Assembly: GCA_942492885.1 (NCBI GenBank)
Contig: OW818651.1
Span: forward strand, 962,959-1,026,958
DNA: 64,000 bases
Source: an uncultured Eubacteriales bacterium
GTDB taxonomy: Bacteria; Bacillota; Clostridia; Christensenellales; CAG-138
Reading direction: 5' to 3'
Under the pieces are notes generated by a model. That model did not search any database. It saw only the letters and a program-made list of their open reading frames with translations, and was not told the DNA's origin. The position numbers and the translations under genes are program-made. Below, in pieces: positions 18,527-26,511 of this stretch; positions within the stretch are counted from its first letter, which is position 1; each line of letters starts with the position of its first letter.

Positions 18527-18892
18527 TTACGGCCTGACGAACACGAAGCCGTAATCCTGGCAGTCGATGCTTTCCTTATAGAGGATGCGGCGCGTGCGCA
18601 CGACGTTGACGGTGGCGAGCAGCTCCATGCCGCTCTCGATGCCGTCGTCAAAGCCGATCTGTCCCGTCACGCGGACGCCGTTTTCAAACTCGACCACGCC
18701 GAAATGGAGCCACGGCTGCATGTATCCTTCGGGCAGGTTATACACCCGCGTCCATGTCAGGAGTTTGCACTTGCCGCCGAGCGGTTCCTCGGTGAATTCG
18801 CGCCCGTCGCAGTCCGGATTCTGGCAGACGACGTAGCGGGGATGGTGCAGCTTGCCGCATTTTGTGCATTTGTAGGCGTACATCTGTTCCAT
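18527..18892 (-). CDS. DUF35 Zn-ribbon/OB-fold protein (thiolase partner)
   Basis: ORF 18527..18892. CTKCGK ... CQNPDC forms a rubredoxin-like knuckle, followed by an OB-fold segment (LLTWTRVY ... GVVEFENGVRVTGQI). Confidence 0.85.
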   Translation of the reverse strand: MEQMYAYKCTKCGKLHHPRYVVCQNPDCDGREFTEEPLGGKCKLLTWTRVYNLPEGYMQPWLHFGVVEFENGVRVTGQIGFDDGIESGMELLATVNVVRTRRILYKESIDCQDYGFVFVRP

Positions 18893-18907
18893 TTCTTCTT
18901 CCCTCCC

Positions 18908-20104
18908 CTACTTCGTGGTCAAAATCGTCGCCACGACATTGTTGCCAAACCCGCCGAAATTCACGGCAAGCCCGGTCTTTGCGCCCTCGACCTGACGGCC
19001 TTCCGCTTCTCCGCGGAGCTGGCGCACCAGTTCGATGATCTGGGAAACGCCCGTCGCACCCAGCGGATGGCCTTTCGCCTTCAGCCCGCCGGAGGTGTTG
19101 ATCGGCAGCTTGCCGCCGACCTTCGTGTCCCCGTTGCGCGCCGCGATGTGGCCCTGTCCGCGCGGGAAGAGTCCCGCTTCTTCGCTCTCCTCGATTTCGA
19201 GGATCTGGAACGCATCGTGCAGCTCGGCAACGTCGATATCCGAGGGCTGCATACCCGCCATCTTGTAGGCCTTCTGTGCGCTGAGGCGCACGGCCAACAG
19301 ATCGCTCGGGTTGTCGCGGTTGGCGACCACGTGCGTGTCCGTCGCGGAGGCGATGCCCGCCACACGGACAAACGGTTTACTCGCAAAGCCCAGCTCGTCC
19401 TGCTTGTCTTTTGCTACCAGCAGTACGGCAGCCGCGCCATCCGAAACGGGGCACATATCAAACTGCCGCAGCGGATCGGCGACGATGGGGTTTGTCGCGT
19501 TGATGTACAGGGGATTCGTGATACGCTCCAGCACCACGGGGCGCTGGATGTGCGCCACGGGGTTGTGGCAGGCGTTGTCATGGTTTTTGACCGAGACGAT
19601 GGAGAGGTCTTTGCTCTCCACGCCGAAGCGATCCATGCAAAGCCGCGTAAACATGCCCGCAAACGACGGCAATGTCAGGCCGTATTTATACTCCGCTGTG
19701 GGATGCAGCATGGTCGCGACAAAGTCGGTGCCTTCCCAGCCGGTGACCTCGCGCATGGCTTCGCCGCCGATGACCAGCACGCAATCGCACATGCCGCTGG
19801 CGATCGCCATCACGCCGAGCTTCACGGCGGAGGCTCCCGAGGCGGGGCCGTTTTCGATGGTCTCCGCCATCGCGGGGCGAATGTTGAGCGCGTCTACCAC
19901 CGCGCTTGCGGCTCCGCTGACGCGGTTGACCATGCCCGCGCCCATAGAGGCGACAAACACCTGCTCAATGACGTTTCTGCGTCCCGTCTTGGCGCCCGCG
20001 TCGTCCATGCAAAGCAGCGCCGCCTCACAGAGCAAATCGAGAAACGAGCCGTTCGTCTTTCCAAACTTGGTGTGGCCCACGCCAACGATTCCTACCTGTC
20101 TCAT
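18908..20104 (-). CDS. SCP2/archaeal-type thiolase-fold protein lacking both catalytic cysteines
   Basis: ORF 18908..20128; start set at ATG 20104 (MRQVGIVGVGHTKFGK) after ggaagaaaggaagaagg. Has INTSGGLKAKGHPLGATG. It reads ENGPASG where thiolases have NxCASG, and ELHDAF where SCP2-thiolases have HDCF. Confidence 0.85.
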   Translation of the reverse strand: MRQVGIVGVGHTKFGKTNGSFLDLLCEAALLCMDDAGAKTGRRNVIEQVFVASMGAGMVNRVSGAASAVVDALNIRPAMAETIENGPASGASAVKLGVMAIASGMCDCVLVIGGEAMREVTGWEGTDFVATMLHPTAEYKYGLTLPSFAGMFTRLCMDRFGVESKDLSIVSVKNHDNACHNPVAHIQRPVVLERITNPLYINATNPIVADPLRQFDMCPVSDGAAAVLLVAKDKQDELGFASKPFVRVAGIASATDTHVVANRDNPSDLLAVRLSAQKAYKMAGMQPSDIDVAELHDAFQILEIEESEEAGLFPRGQGHIAARNGDTKVGGKLPINTSGGLKAKGHPLGATGVSQIIELVRQLRGEAEGRQVEGAKTGLAVNFGGFGNNVVATILTTK

Positions 20105-20175
20105 TGCCTTCTTCCTTTCTTCCTTCACGCAGCGCGGGCGCAGTCCATCGCACCCGTCGCTAACCTGCCGAAGCG

Positions 20176-20847
20176 TCAGACGCTGATCTTGGCGGGCATG
20201 TGCACCACTTTGTTGGCCGCGATGACGTCTTCAAACGCGGGGCGAATGCCGACGTTCTTGTTGGCTTTGTGCTTTTCCCAAAGTGCGCGCGTGAGAACAA
20301 AGGTCGGCACACCGCCCAGCTCGTGCGGGCTCTGCGGACGGGATTCGAGCTCATACTCGATCATCCAGCGTTTGAAGCCGTTGGGGCTTTCGGCGACGAT
20401 CCATACTTCGTCCTGATTCATATAGTCAAAGTGATATTCCATCTTGGCGGCAAAAAGCTGCGCGCCGACGCGAGCGCCGCGCTTGAGGGTCATGGTGTGA
20501 TAGCTCATGCCGACTTTTTCGTTGACCATGCGGCCGTTGACGATGCCGGCGATCTCGCCGTCGATCGCGCCGATGAGCAGGTATTCATCCTGCACACGAT
20601 AGCGCAGCATGCCTAAGAGTTCCGCGACGATGCGCGCAGAGACGATGTCGTAGAAATCCTTCTGGTGGTCTAACAAAACCTTGATGCCTTCGATGACCAT
20701 TTCGGTCTCTTCGCGCGTCGCGGTGCGAACGAGCATATCTTCGCCGGTGGTCAGCGGAATCACCTTCGCCTCGTAGGGTTTAAGCCCAATTGTCGGCGGA
20801 CGCAGCGTTGCTTCCATTTCGTCAACGAGAATATCATACTTACCCAT
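20176..20847 (-). CDS. hypothetical protein, possible GNAT-fold acyltransferase
   Basis: ORF 20176..20865; start set at ATG 20847 (MGKYDILV) after ggaggcaaaacac. LKRGARVGAQLFAAKMEY resembles the GNAT acyl-CoA-binding R/Q-x-x-G-x-G/A segment. Weak call. Confidence 0.55.
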   Translation of the reverse strand: MGKYDILVDEMEATLRPPTIGLKPYEAKVIPLTTGEDMLVRTATREETEMVIEGIKVLLDHQKDFYDIVSARIVAELLGMLRYRVQDEYLLIGAIDGEIAGIVNGRMVNEKVGMSYHTMTLKRGARVGAQLFAAKMEYHFDYMNQDEVWIVAESPNGFKRWMIEYELESRPQSPHELGGVPTFVLTRALWEKHKANKNVGIRPAFEDVIAANKVVHMPAKISV

Positions 20848-21399
20848 GTGTTTTGCCTCCTTCAATTTGTAAAAGAAATATGATAGAAAGGATTGGTGGG
20901 ATTTACAAGTTCATTTTAGCGTCATTATGAAGCCTTGTCCAGTATTTCTTGCAAATATATTGTTTTCGGCGAGCGCGGACGTTTTCCCCTAAGCAGCCTC
21001 GTCAAATTACTGGAACTACGCACCAGTTCTTGCAGGAAAGGCTGTATAGTTGTCGATTACAAGCCATTTTCTAATTTGATAAGAAACAGAGCTACCTGCA
21101 TTTGTGACGCCATTTTCTGATAATTTAGCTACTTTTCGTGTATTTTTCAAAATATCTCCAACGTATTGTTGATTATTTGTGCAGTATTTGTTTACATATC
21201 CTGCATTTTGTGTTTTACAGGGATTTCTCCGGCGCAAATTGTTTTTTTCACATGCGCGTAGTATACTGTATGAAAATAATGGGGTGGAATTTTGTTTTTT
21301 TCCACTTTGCGCGGTTTCCCGCGCGCACGTTATATTTAAAAGCTTATGATTACGGAATCCCGATATCGGGTTCTGGTTGAAGAAAGAGGATCGTAACAC

Positions 21400-22374
21400 A
21401 TGGACAACAAGATTCGCAGAATCGGCATCCTCACCAGCGGCGGCGACGCGCCGGGCATGAACGCCGCCATCCGCGCGGTGGTTCGTACCTGCGTGCTGCA
21501 CGACGTCATCCCCATCGGTATTCACCGCGGCTATAACGGACTGATTCATTCGGACGTGGTCGAGCTCGACGCGCGCGCCGTCAACGGCATCACCTCGCGC
21601 GGCGGCACGATTCTCTACACCGCCCGCAGCGAAGAATTCCGCACGGATGAAGGCGTACAGCGCGCGGCTGAAAACTGCAAATACCTCGGCATCGACGGCG
21701 TGATCGCCATCGGCGGAGACGGCACCTTCCGCGGTGCGCGTGAGCTCTCCAAATACGGCATCAACACAATCGGCATCCCCGGCACGATCGACAACGACAT
21801 CGCCTGCTCGCATTATTCCATCGGCTTTGACACCGCGGCAAACACCGCAATCGACGCCATCGATAAGCTCGCGGACACCATGCAGAGCCACCAGCGCACC
21901 AGCGTGGTGGAGATCATGGGCAGAAACGCTGGACATCTCGCCGTCTATGTCGGAATCTCTGTGGGAGCAACCGCAATCATCCTGCCGGAGCGCCCGTTTG
22001 ACTTTGAGCGTGACGTTGTGGAGAACATCCGCGAGGGACAATATCGCGGCAAGCACCATCACCTGATCATCGTAGCCGAGGGCACGAACAGCACCAACGA
22101 GATCGCCCAGCGCTGCCGCGACGAGCTGGGGCTGGACACCCGCGTCACCATCATTGGCCACGTGCAGCGCGGCGGCAGCCCGTCCGCGCGCGACCGCGTG
22201 ATGGCAACGCGCATGGGTCACCGCGCGGTGGAGGAAATCCTCGCGGGCGGCACCAACCTCATCGTGTGCTACCGCAACAGCCAGATCACGACCGTACCCA
22301 TCGACGAGGCACTCACCATGACGAAGGACCTCGACGAGTACATGTATCGCGTCGCAACCGAGATCACGATCTGA
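21400..22374 (+). CDS. pfkA: ATP-dependent 6-phosphofructokinase
   Basis: ORF 21400..22374 with RIGILTSGGDAPGMNAAIRAVVR, GGDGTF, PGTIDND and MGRNAGHLA blocks. Confidence 0.95.
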   Translation: MDNKIRRIGILTSGGDAPGMNAAIRAVVRTCVLHDVIPIGIHRGYNGLIHSDVVELDARAVNGITSRGGTILYTARSEEFRTDEGVQRAAENCKYLGIDGVIAIGGDGTFRGARELSKYGINTIGIPGTIDNDIACSHYSIGFDTAANTAIDAIDKLADTMQSHQRTSVVEIMGRNAGHLAVYVGISVGATAIILPERPFDFERDVVENIREGQYRGKHHHLIIVAEGTNSTNEIAQRCRDELGLDTRVTIIGHVQRGGSPSARDRVMATRMGHRAVEEILAGGTNLIVCYRNSQITTVPIDEALTMTKDLDEYMYRVATEITI

Positions 22375-22454
22375 CGATTGTACTAAAAACAAGCCCGGGT
22401 GTTTTGCCCGGGTTTTCTTGCGCAAAATATTAGAATAACTTGAGGAGAAACAAT

Positions 22455-23192
22455 ATGGTATTCGATACATATGGCGATTCCAAGAACCCCACCCTGGTTT
22501 TGCTGCACGGCGCGGCGGCTCTTGATACGTTTGCGCACCAATACGAGATGCTCACGCAGCGCTTTCACGTGCTGGTGCCGCATCTGCCAGGCGCGGGCGA
22601 GGCGGCGGCTCAAGCCTATGACCCGCAGACAACGTGCAACGCGCTCGCCGCTTGGATCGGTTCGCTCGACGTGGGCAAAGTGCTGGTGATGGGACATTCC
22701 GTCGGCGCGCAGCTCGCGGTCAAGCTCGTCAGCGAGCACGAATCTCTCTTCTCCCGCGCGGTGTTCCTCAGCGCGTGGCTCATCTCGACTCAAGCCACTA
22801 TGCGCCTCTTTGCCGGCATGGCAAAGATGTCCTACGGCGCGATCAAGAACGCATCTCTGCTGCGCATGCAGGCGAAATACTGGGGCATGACGGCGGAACA
22901 GACGGAGAAGCTCGTCGCCTACAGCCCGCGCATCACAAAGGAAACCTACGTCGGGTTCTACGCAAACCGGATCGATCTAAAAGACCTGCCCGGCTATGCC
23001 TCCGTGACGATCCCAATGCTCGCGATGTGCGCGCGCGGCGAAACGGCGGAGATGAAGCAGTCGCTCAACGCCTTGGGCGAACAAAACACAAACTGCCTCA
23101 CGGTACTTTTCCCGCAAGGCAGCCATGATTTTGTTCTTCGCAACTACGACTTGTTAAATCCGATGTTGATGGACTTTTTGACGGCAGAGTAA
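22455..23192 (+). CDS. alpha/beta-fold hydrolase
   Basis: ORF 22440..23192; start set at ATG 22455 after gaggag. Has LVLLHGAAA and the nucleophile elbow MGHSVGA. Confidence 0.85.
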   Translation: MVFDTYGDSKNPTLVLLHGAAALDTFAHQYEMLTQRFHVLVPHLPGAGEAAAQAYDPQTTCNALAAWIGSLDVGKVLVMGHSVGAQLAVKLVSEHESLFSRAVFLSAWLISTQATMRLFAGMAKMSYGAIKNASLLRMQAKYWGMTAEQTEKLVAYSPRITKETYVGFYANRIDLKDLPGYASVTIPMLAMCARGETAEMKQSLNALGEQNTNCLTVLFPQGSHDFVLRNYDLLNPMLMDFLTAE

Positions 23193-23200
23193 ATTCTCGT

Positions 23201-23872
23201 TTAGGATTCTGCGCCCGTATCTGCTTGCGATTCGGCTGCACCGTGCCAGACGAGGATCAGCGCAAAGGGTATGATGTTGTTCTTCGTCAAGAACCCGCGC
23301 ATGGTGTCGTGGTGGTTCTCCTTGCCCGCGAGACCGTTGAGAAAGCGAAATTTCGCCTCTCCGTCCTCCGGTTGAATGGCTTCGTCCGCATAGAACGTCA
23401 CAAAATGAAAGCCGTCCTTGTGGCAATACCAGATAATCCCCGCGCTTGTCCCCTCGGGCAGGCGCGCTTTTTTGTTCCAGCGGAACTTGATCGGCATGCG
23501 GTAACCGTGTTTTTTGAGGTGACGGCGCAGACGAAAGAGATCCGTCCCCGCAAGTCCACGAAAGAGCGTATGACGAATCAGCTCGTCCGCCAGCGCTTTT
23601 TCGGTCACGCTCTGCCCCATCCGCTTGAGAAAGTTAAACTCCGCAATCCAGCCGCAGCCGTTGATGTCGCTGGTCAGCGCACCATAGCGGATGTCGGTCA
23701 CCCTTGCCTGATCTATGATGTAGCCGTCTGTGGAATACGGCGTTTTTACCTTCTCTATCTTCTCTATCTTCACTATCTTCTCAATCTTCTCTATCTTCTC
23801 TATCTTGTCTATCTTCTCAATCTTGTCTAACTTCTCAATCTTATCTATCTTCTCATTCTTTTCCATCTTCAT
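23201..23872 (-). CDS. repeat-bearing protein with possible papain-like Cys/His domain
   Basis: ORF 23201..23872. The N-terminus is (K-I/L-E/D)n. The C-terminal domain has INGCGWIAEF and a later HFVTF, compatible with a C39-like/papain-like fold (weak). The start overlaps the stop of the acyltransferase (ATGA). Confidence 0.65.
   Translation of the reverse strand: MKMEKNEKIDKIEKLDKIEKIDKIEKIEKIEKIVKIEKIEKVKTPYSTDGYIIDQARVTDIRYGALTSDINGCGWIAEFNFLKRMGQSVTEKALADELIRHTLFRGLAGTDLFRLRRHLKKHGYRMPIKFRWNKKARLPEGTSAGIIWYCHKDGFHFVTFYADEAIQPEDGEAKFRFLNGLAGKENHHDTMRGFLTKNNIIPFALILVWHGAAESQADTGAES
23750..23858. repeat. in-frame 9-bp tandem repeat (about 12 units of tatcttctc variants)
   Basis: Directly visible: ttctctatcttctctatcttcactatcttctcaatcttctctatcttctctatcttgtctatcttctcaatcttgtctaacttctcaatcttatctatcttctc. 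It encodes EKIDKIEKLDKIEKIDKIEKIEKIEKIVKIEKIEK. Confidence 0.9.
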
Positions 23873-25188
23873 TCCCCTCGCTCTTGCGTGTCTGCGTCGG
23901 TTGTGATTGCTTCCTCTTCGTCCGGGATGATCTCAAGTGCGATCAGCGGTCCCTGCTTTTTACCGCCTTGTTGCCATGCCATGATTCGCCGAGCTGCGGG
24001 GTGCTCGATCAAATACGTCCCCGCAATCGCCAGCGCAAATGTCGCAAGGAAGATCAGCACGGTATACGTCCATTGCCAGCGCGCATCCCCGGTCATATTC
24101 GGCGGCTGTTCACCCGACCAATACGGAATCTTCCATTCCTTGAGCCGCACGGCGATCCACTGATGCCAGATATAGACATTGTACGAGATCAGCGAGAGGA
24201 ACTGCATCAACTTATTGGAAAACAGCCAGCGCACGCCGGAGAAGGTCAGCGCGGCGGAGACGGTGATCAGCGCAAACACGATCGAAAGAACGAACCGGTT
24301 TTGCGCCTGCCAGATCTGCACAGGGCTTGTCTCCGGCGCCGCCGTCATCATCTGCTTGAGTAGCACAAATCCCGCGATGAGCCCGACCAGCGCCAGCGCG
24401 GAGAGTTGCGGGCTTCTCTTGAGGTGCTTGCCCGCGAGCACAAAGAGAAACGCAAACGCCATACCGTTGGCAAACACGCCAAAGAATGCTGGCAGCTGGT
24501 TCACACTCAGGCGAATGCTGTCCGCGTGCGGGAGCGCATATCCGCGCAGATACAGCACGGAGACTGCTAGCATGCCAAGATACGTCCAGACCGGTTTCCT
24601 GACAAACGCCTTAGCAAGAAACGGAAAAAACAGGTAGAACTGCATCTCGATGGCAGCTGTCCACAACACGCCGTTGATCTTGGTGCCGATGAGCACATCG
24701 GAAAAAAACGTCTGCGTAAACGTCAACGTCGGCAGCAAGTCACCCAGCGCATCCCCAACCGTGCGGTAAGCACCGGAGGGAACGGACACCACAAGGAAGA
24801 TAACCAACACGCTGACAAGATAGCTCGGCACAATCCGCGCGATACGCTTTTTGTAGAACAATCGCGTGTCCGGCAGCGCTGTTTGCTCCAGCTGCGCGCG
24901 CACATACGGCAAAAACAGGCAAAACGCGGAGAGAAACAGGAGCCAGTCGACCAGCAAAAACCCTGCTCGCGGAATAAACAGCAGGCTCAACGTACCAGGC
25001 AGGCCAAGACGCGTGAGAAACGGCAGCTGAATATAGGGCATAATCCAGTTTTGTTGCCAGAAATGGAACCACAGCACGCCGAACACCGCCAGCGCGCGCA
25101 CACCGTCGAGCACATCTATATGCTTTGTATCGATCCTGTCGTCCGCGGCTTTCCTCTGGCGGACGGTTGCTTCAACAATTTTTTCCAT
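23869..25188 (-). CDS. acyltransferase family 3 membrane protein (OafA/YrhL-like O-acyltransferase)
   Basis: ORF 23869..25188. IDVLDGVRALAVFGVLWFHFWQ is the typical N-terminal block, and the protein is multi-TM throughout. Confidence 0.88.
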   Translation of the reverse strand: MEKIVEATVRQRKAADDRIDTKHIDVLDGVRALAVFGVLWFHFWQQNWIMPYIQLPFLTRLGLPGTLSLLFIPRAGFLLVDWLLFLSAFCLFLPYVRAQLEQTALPDTRLFYKKRIARIVPSYLVSVLVIFLVVSVPSGAYRTVGDALGDLLPTLTFTQTFFSDVLIGTKINGVLWTAAIEMQFYLFFPFLAKAFVRKPVWTYLGMLAVSVLYLRGYALPHADSIRLSVNQLPAFFGVFANGMAFAFLFVLAGKHLKRSPQLSALALVGLIAGFVLLKQMMTAAPETSPVQIWQAQNRFVLSIVFALITVSAALTFSGVRWLFSNKLMQFLSLISYNVYIWHQWIAVRLKEWKIPYWSGEQPPNMTGDARWQWTYTVLIFLATFALAIAGTYLIEHPAARRIMAWQQGGKKQGPLIALEIIPDEEEAITTDADTQERGE

Positions 25189-25411
25189 GCGGATAGTGTA
25201 CCATAACCGGGAAACGCAAGAAAGATCAGATTGGAAAGTTTCGTGTTGCGCACGCTTGCCGCGCAGGGTTTTTCAGCAAATTAAGCGTCTATTCTGCCGC
25301 GAAAATTGCCCTGCCGCTCTTCTTTCTGACGAGCGCGTGTATTATAATAGAACAAACATGCTTCGTGCGCGAAAGAAAAGCGCACCGCATGAAAACGGGA
25401 GGTTTGTCAGC

Positions 25412-26455
25412 ATGAGCGTTACTGTTTCCGAATTCGGGCGCCTGCCCTCCGGCGAGGCGGTGCTTCGCTATACCATCACCAACAAAAACGGCGCGAGCGC
25501 GAGCCTGCTCAACTACGGCGCAACCTGGCAGACGATGTTTGTGCCAAACCGCAAGGGTGAGCTTGTCGACGTCGTGCTGGGCTACGACACGGTTGAAGAC
25601 TATCAGAAGAATTTTATGTATTTGGGCGCCACCATCGGCCGCGTGGGAAACCGCATCAAGAATGCGCGCTTTACGCTAAACGGCGTGGAATACAAGCTCG
25701 CCGCAAACAACGGTTCCTCCTGTCTGCACGGCGGAATCGTGGGCTACGACAAAAAGATATGGCAGGCGCAGGTCGACGGAGACGCCGTCTTCTTCTCTTT
25801 GACCAGTCAGGATGGAGACGAGGGCTTCCCCGGCGCGCTTTCTATCGTGGTGATCTACTCGCTGGACGAGGAGAATGCGCTCTCGATTCAGTATCTGATC
25901 AACAGCGATCAAGACACGATTCAAAACATGACCAACCACGCCTACTTTAACTTAACGGGTCAGCAATCCACCGTGCTAGAGCAGACCCTCCAGATATTCG
26001 CGGATAAGTTCACCCGCATCGACGAAGCGACCGTGCCCACAGGCGAAATCGTGCCCGTGTTCGGCACCCCGCTCGATTTTACGAAGGCCAAGCCCATCGG
26101 GCGCGACATCAACGCCAAGGTCGAGCACATCGACACCGCGGGCGGCTTTGACCACAACTTTGTGATCAACCGTAAAACCAACGGCGTAGAGAGAATCGCA
26201 ACGGCGATCGACCCCATCGGCGGCATCGCGATGGACGTGTATACCGATCAGCCGGGCGTGCAGCTCTTCACCCCGCCGGATTTCTCGTACATGACCGGCA
26301 AAGGCGGGGTCAAATACGGCCCGCGTCCTGCGTTCTGCCTCGAAACCCAGCATTTTGCGGACGCGATGAACCACCCGCATTTCCCGAGCATCGTGCTCCG
26401 CGCGGGTGAAATCTTCTCCTCCGAAACCATCTATCGCTTCCGGGTCGAGAAATAA
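25412..26455 (+). CDS. galM: aldose 1-epimerase (galactose mutarotase)
   Basis: ORF 25187..26455; start set at ATG 25412 (MSVTVSEFG) after gggagg. Has GNRIKNARFTLNGVEYKL, LHGG, TNHAYFNL and FCLETQHF blocks. Confidence 0.92.
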   Translation: MSVTVSEFGRLPSGEAVLRYTITNKNGASASLLNYGATWQTMFVPNRKGELVDVVLGYDTVEDYQKNFMYLGATIGRVGNRIKNARFTLNGVEYKLAANNGSSCLHGGIVGYDKKIWQAQVDGDAVFFSLTSQDGDEGFPGALSIVVIYSLDEENALSIQYLINSDQDTIQNMTNHAYFNLTGQQSTVLEQTLQIFADKFTRIDEATVPTGEIVPVFGTPLDFTKAKPIGRDINAKVEHIDTAGGFDHNFVINRKTNGVERIATAIDPIGGIAMDVYTDQPGVQLFTPPDFSYMTGKGGVKYGPRPAFCLETQHFADAMNHPHFPSIVLRAGEIFSSETIYRFRVEK

Positions 26456-26470
26456 GCGAAACACGCAAAC

Positions 26471-26499
26471 AAAAATCCGCCCAATGGGCGGATTTTTTT
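26471..26499. terminator. bidirectional terminator between galM and the methyltransferase gene
   Basis: aaaaatccgccc-aat-gggcggattttttt, with an A-run and a T-run flanking an 8-bp GC stem. Confidence 0.7.
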
Positions 26500-26511
26500 G
26501 TTGTAGTGAAG

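Noticed and set aside
13704-20416. Long plus-strand ORFs (13704..14885, 14606..15676, 16005..17927, 18434..20416; up to 660 aa)
   Set aside because: All are shadow ORFs opposite well-supported minus-strand genes (cyclase, DUF1116, FdrA, DUF2877/DUF35/thiolase). They are Arg/His/Ala-rich and lack RBSs and domain motifs.
21016-22470. 484-aa minus-strand ORF covering pfkA
   Set aside because: It is antisense to an unambiguous 6-phosphofructokinase. Its composition is biased (R, A, V, D runs) and it has no family resemblance.
23750-23858. CRISPR-like or minisatellite array
   Set aside because: The units are 9 bp, contiguous with no spacers, and lie in-frame inside a coding sequence. No cas genes are present anywhere in the window.
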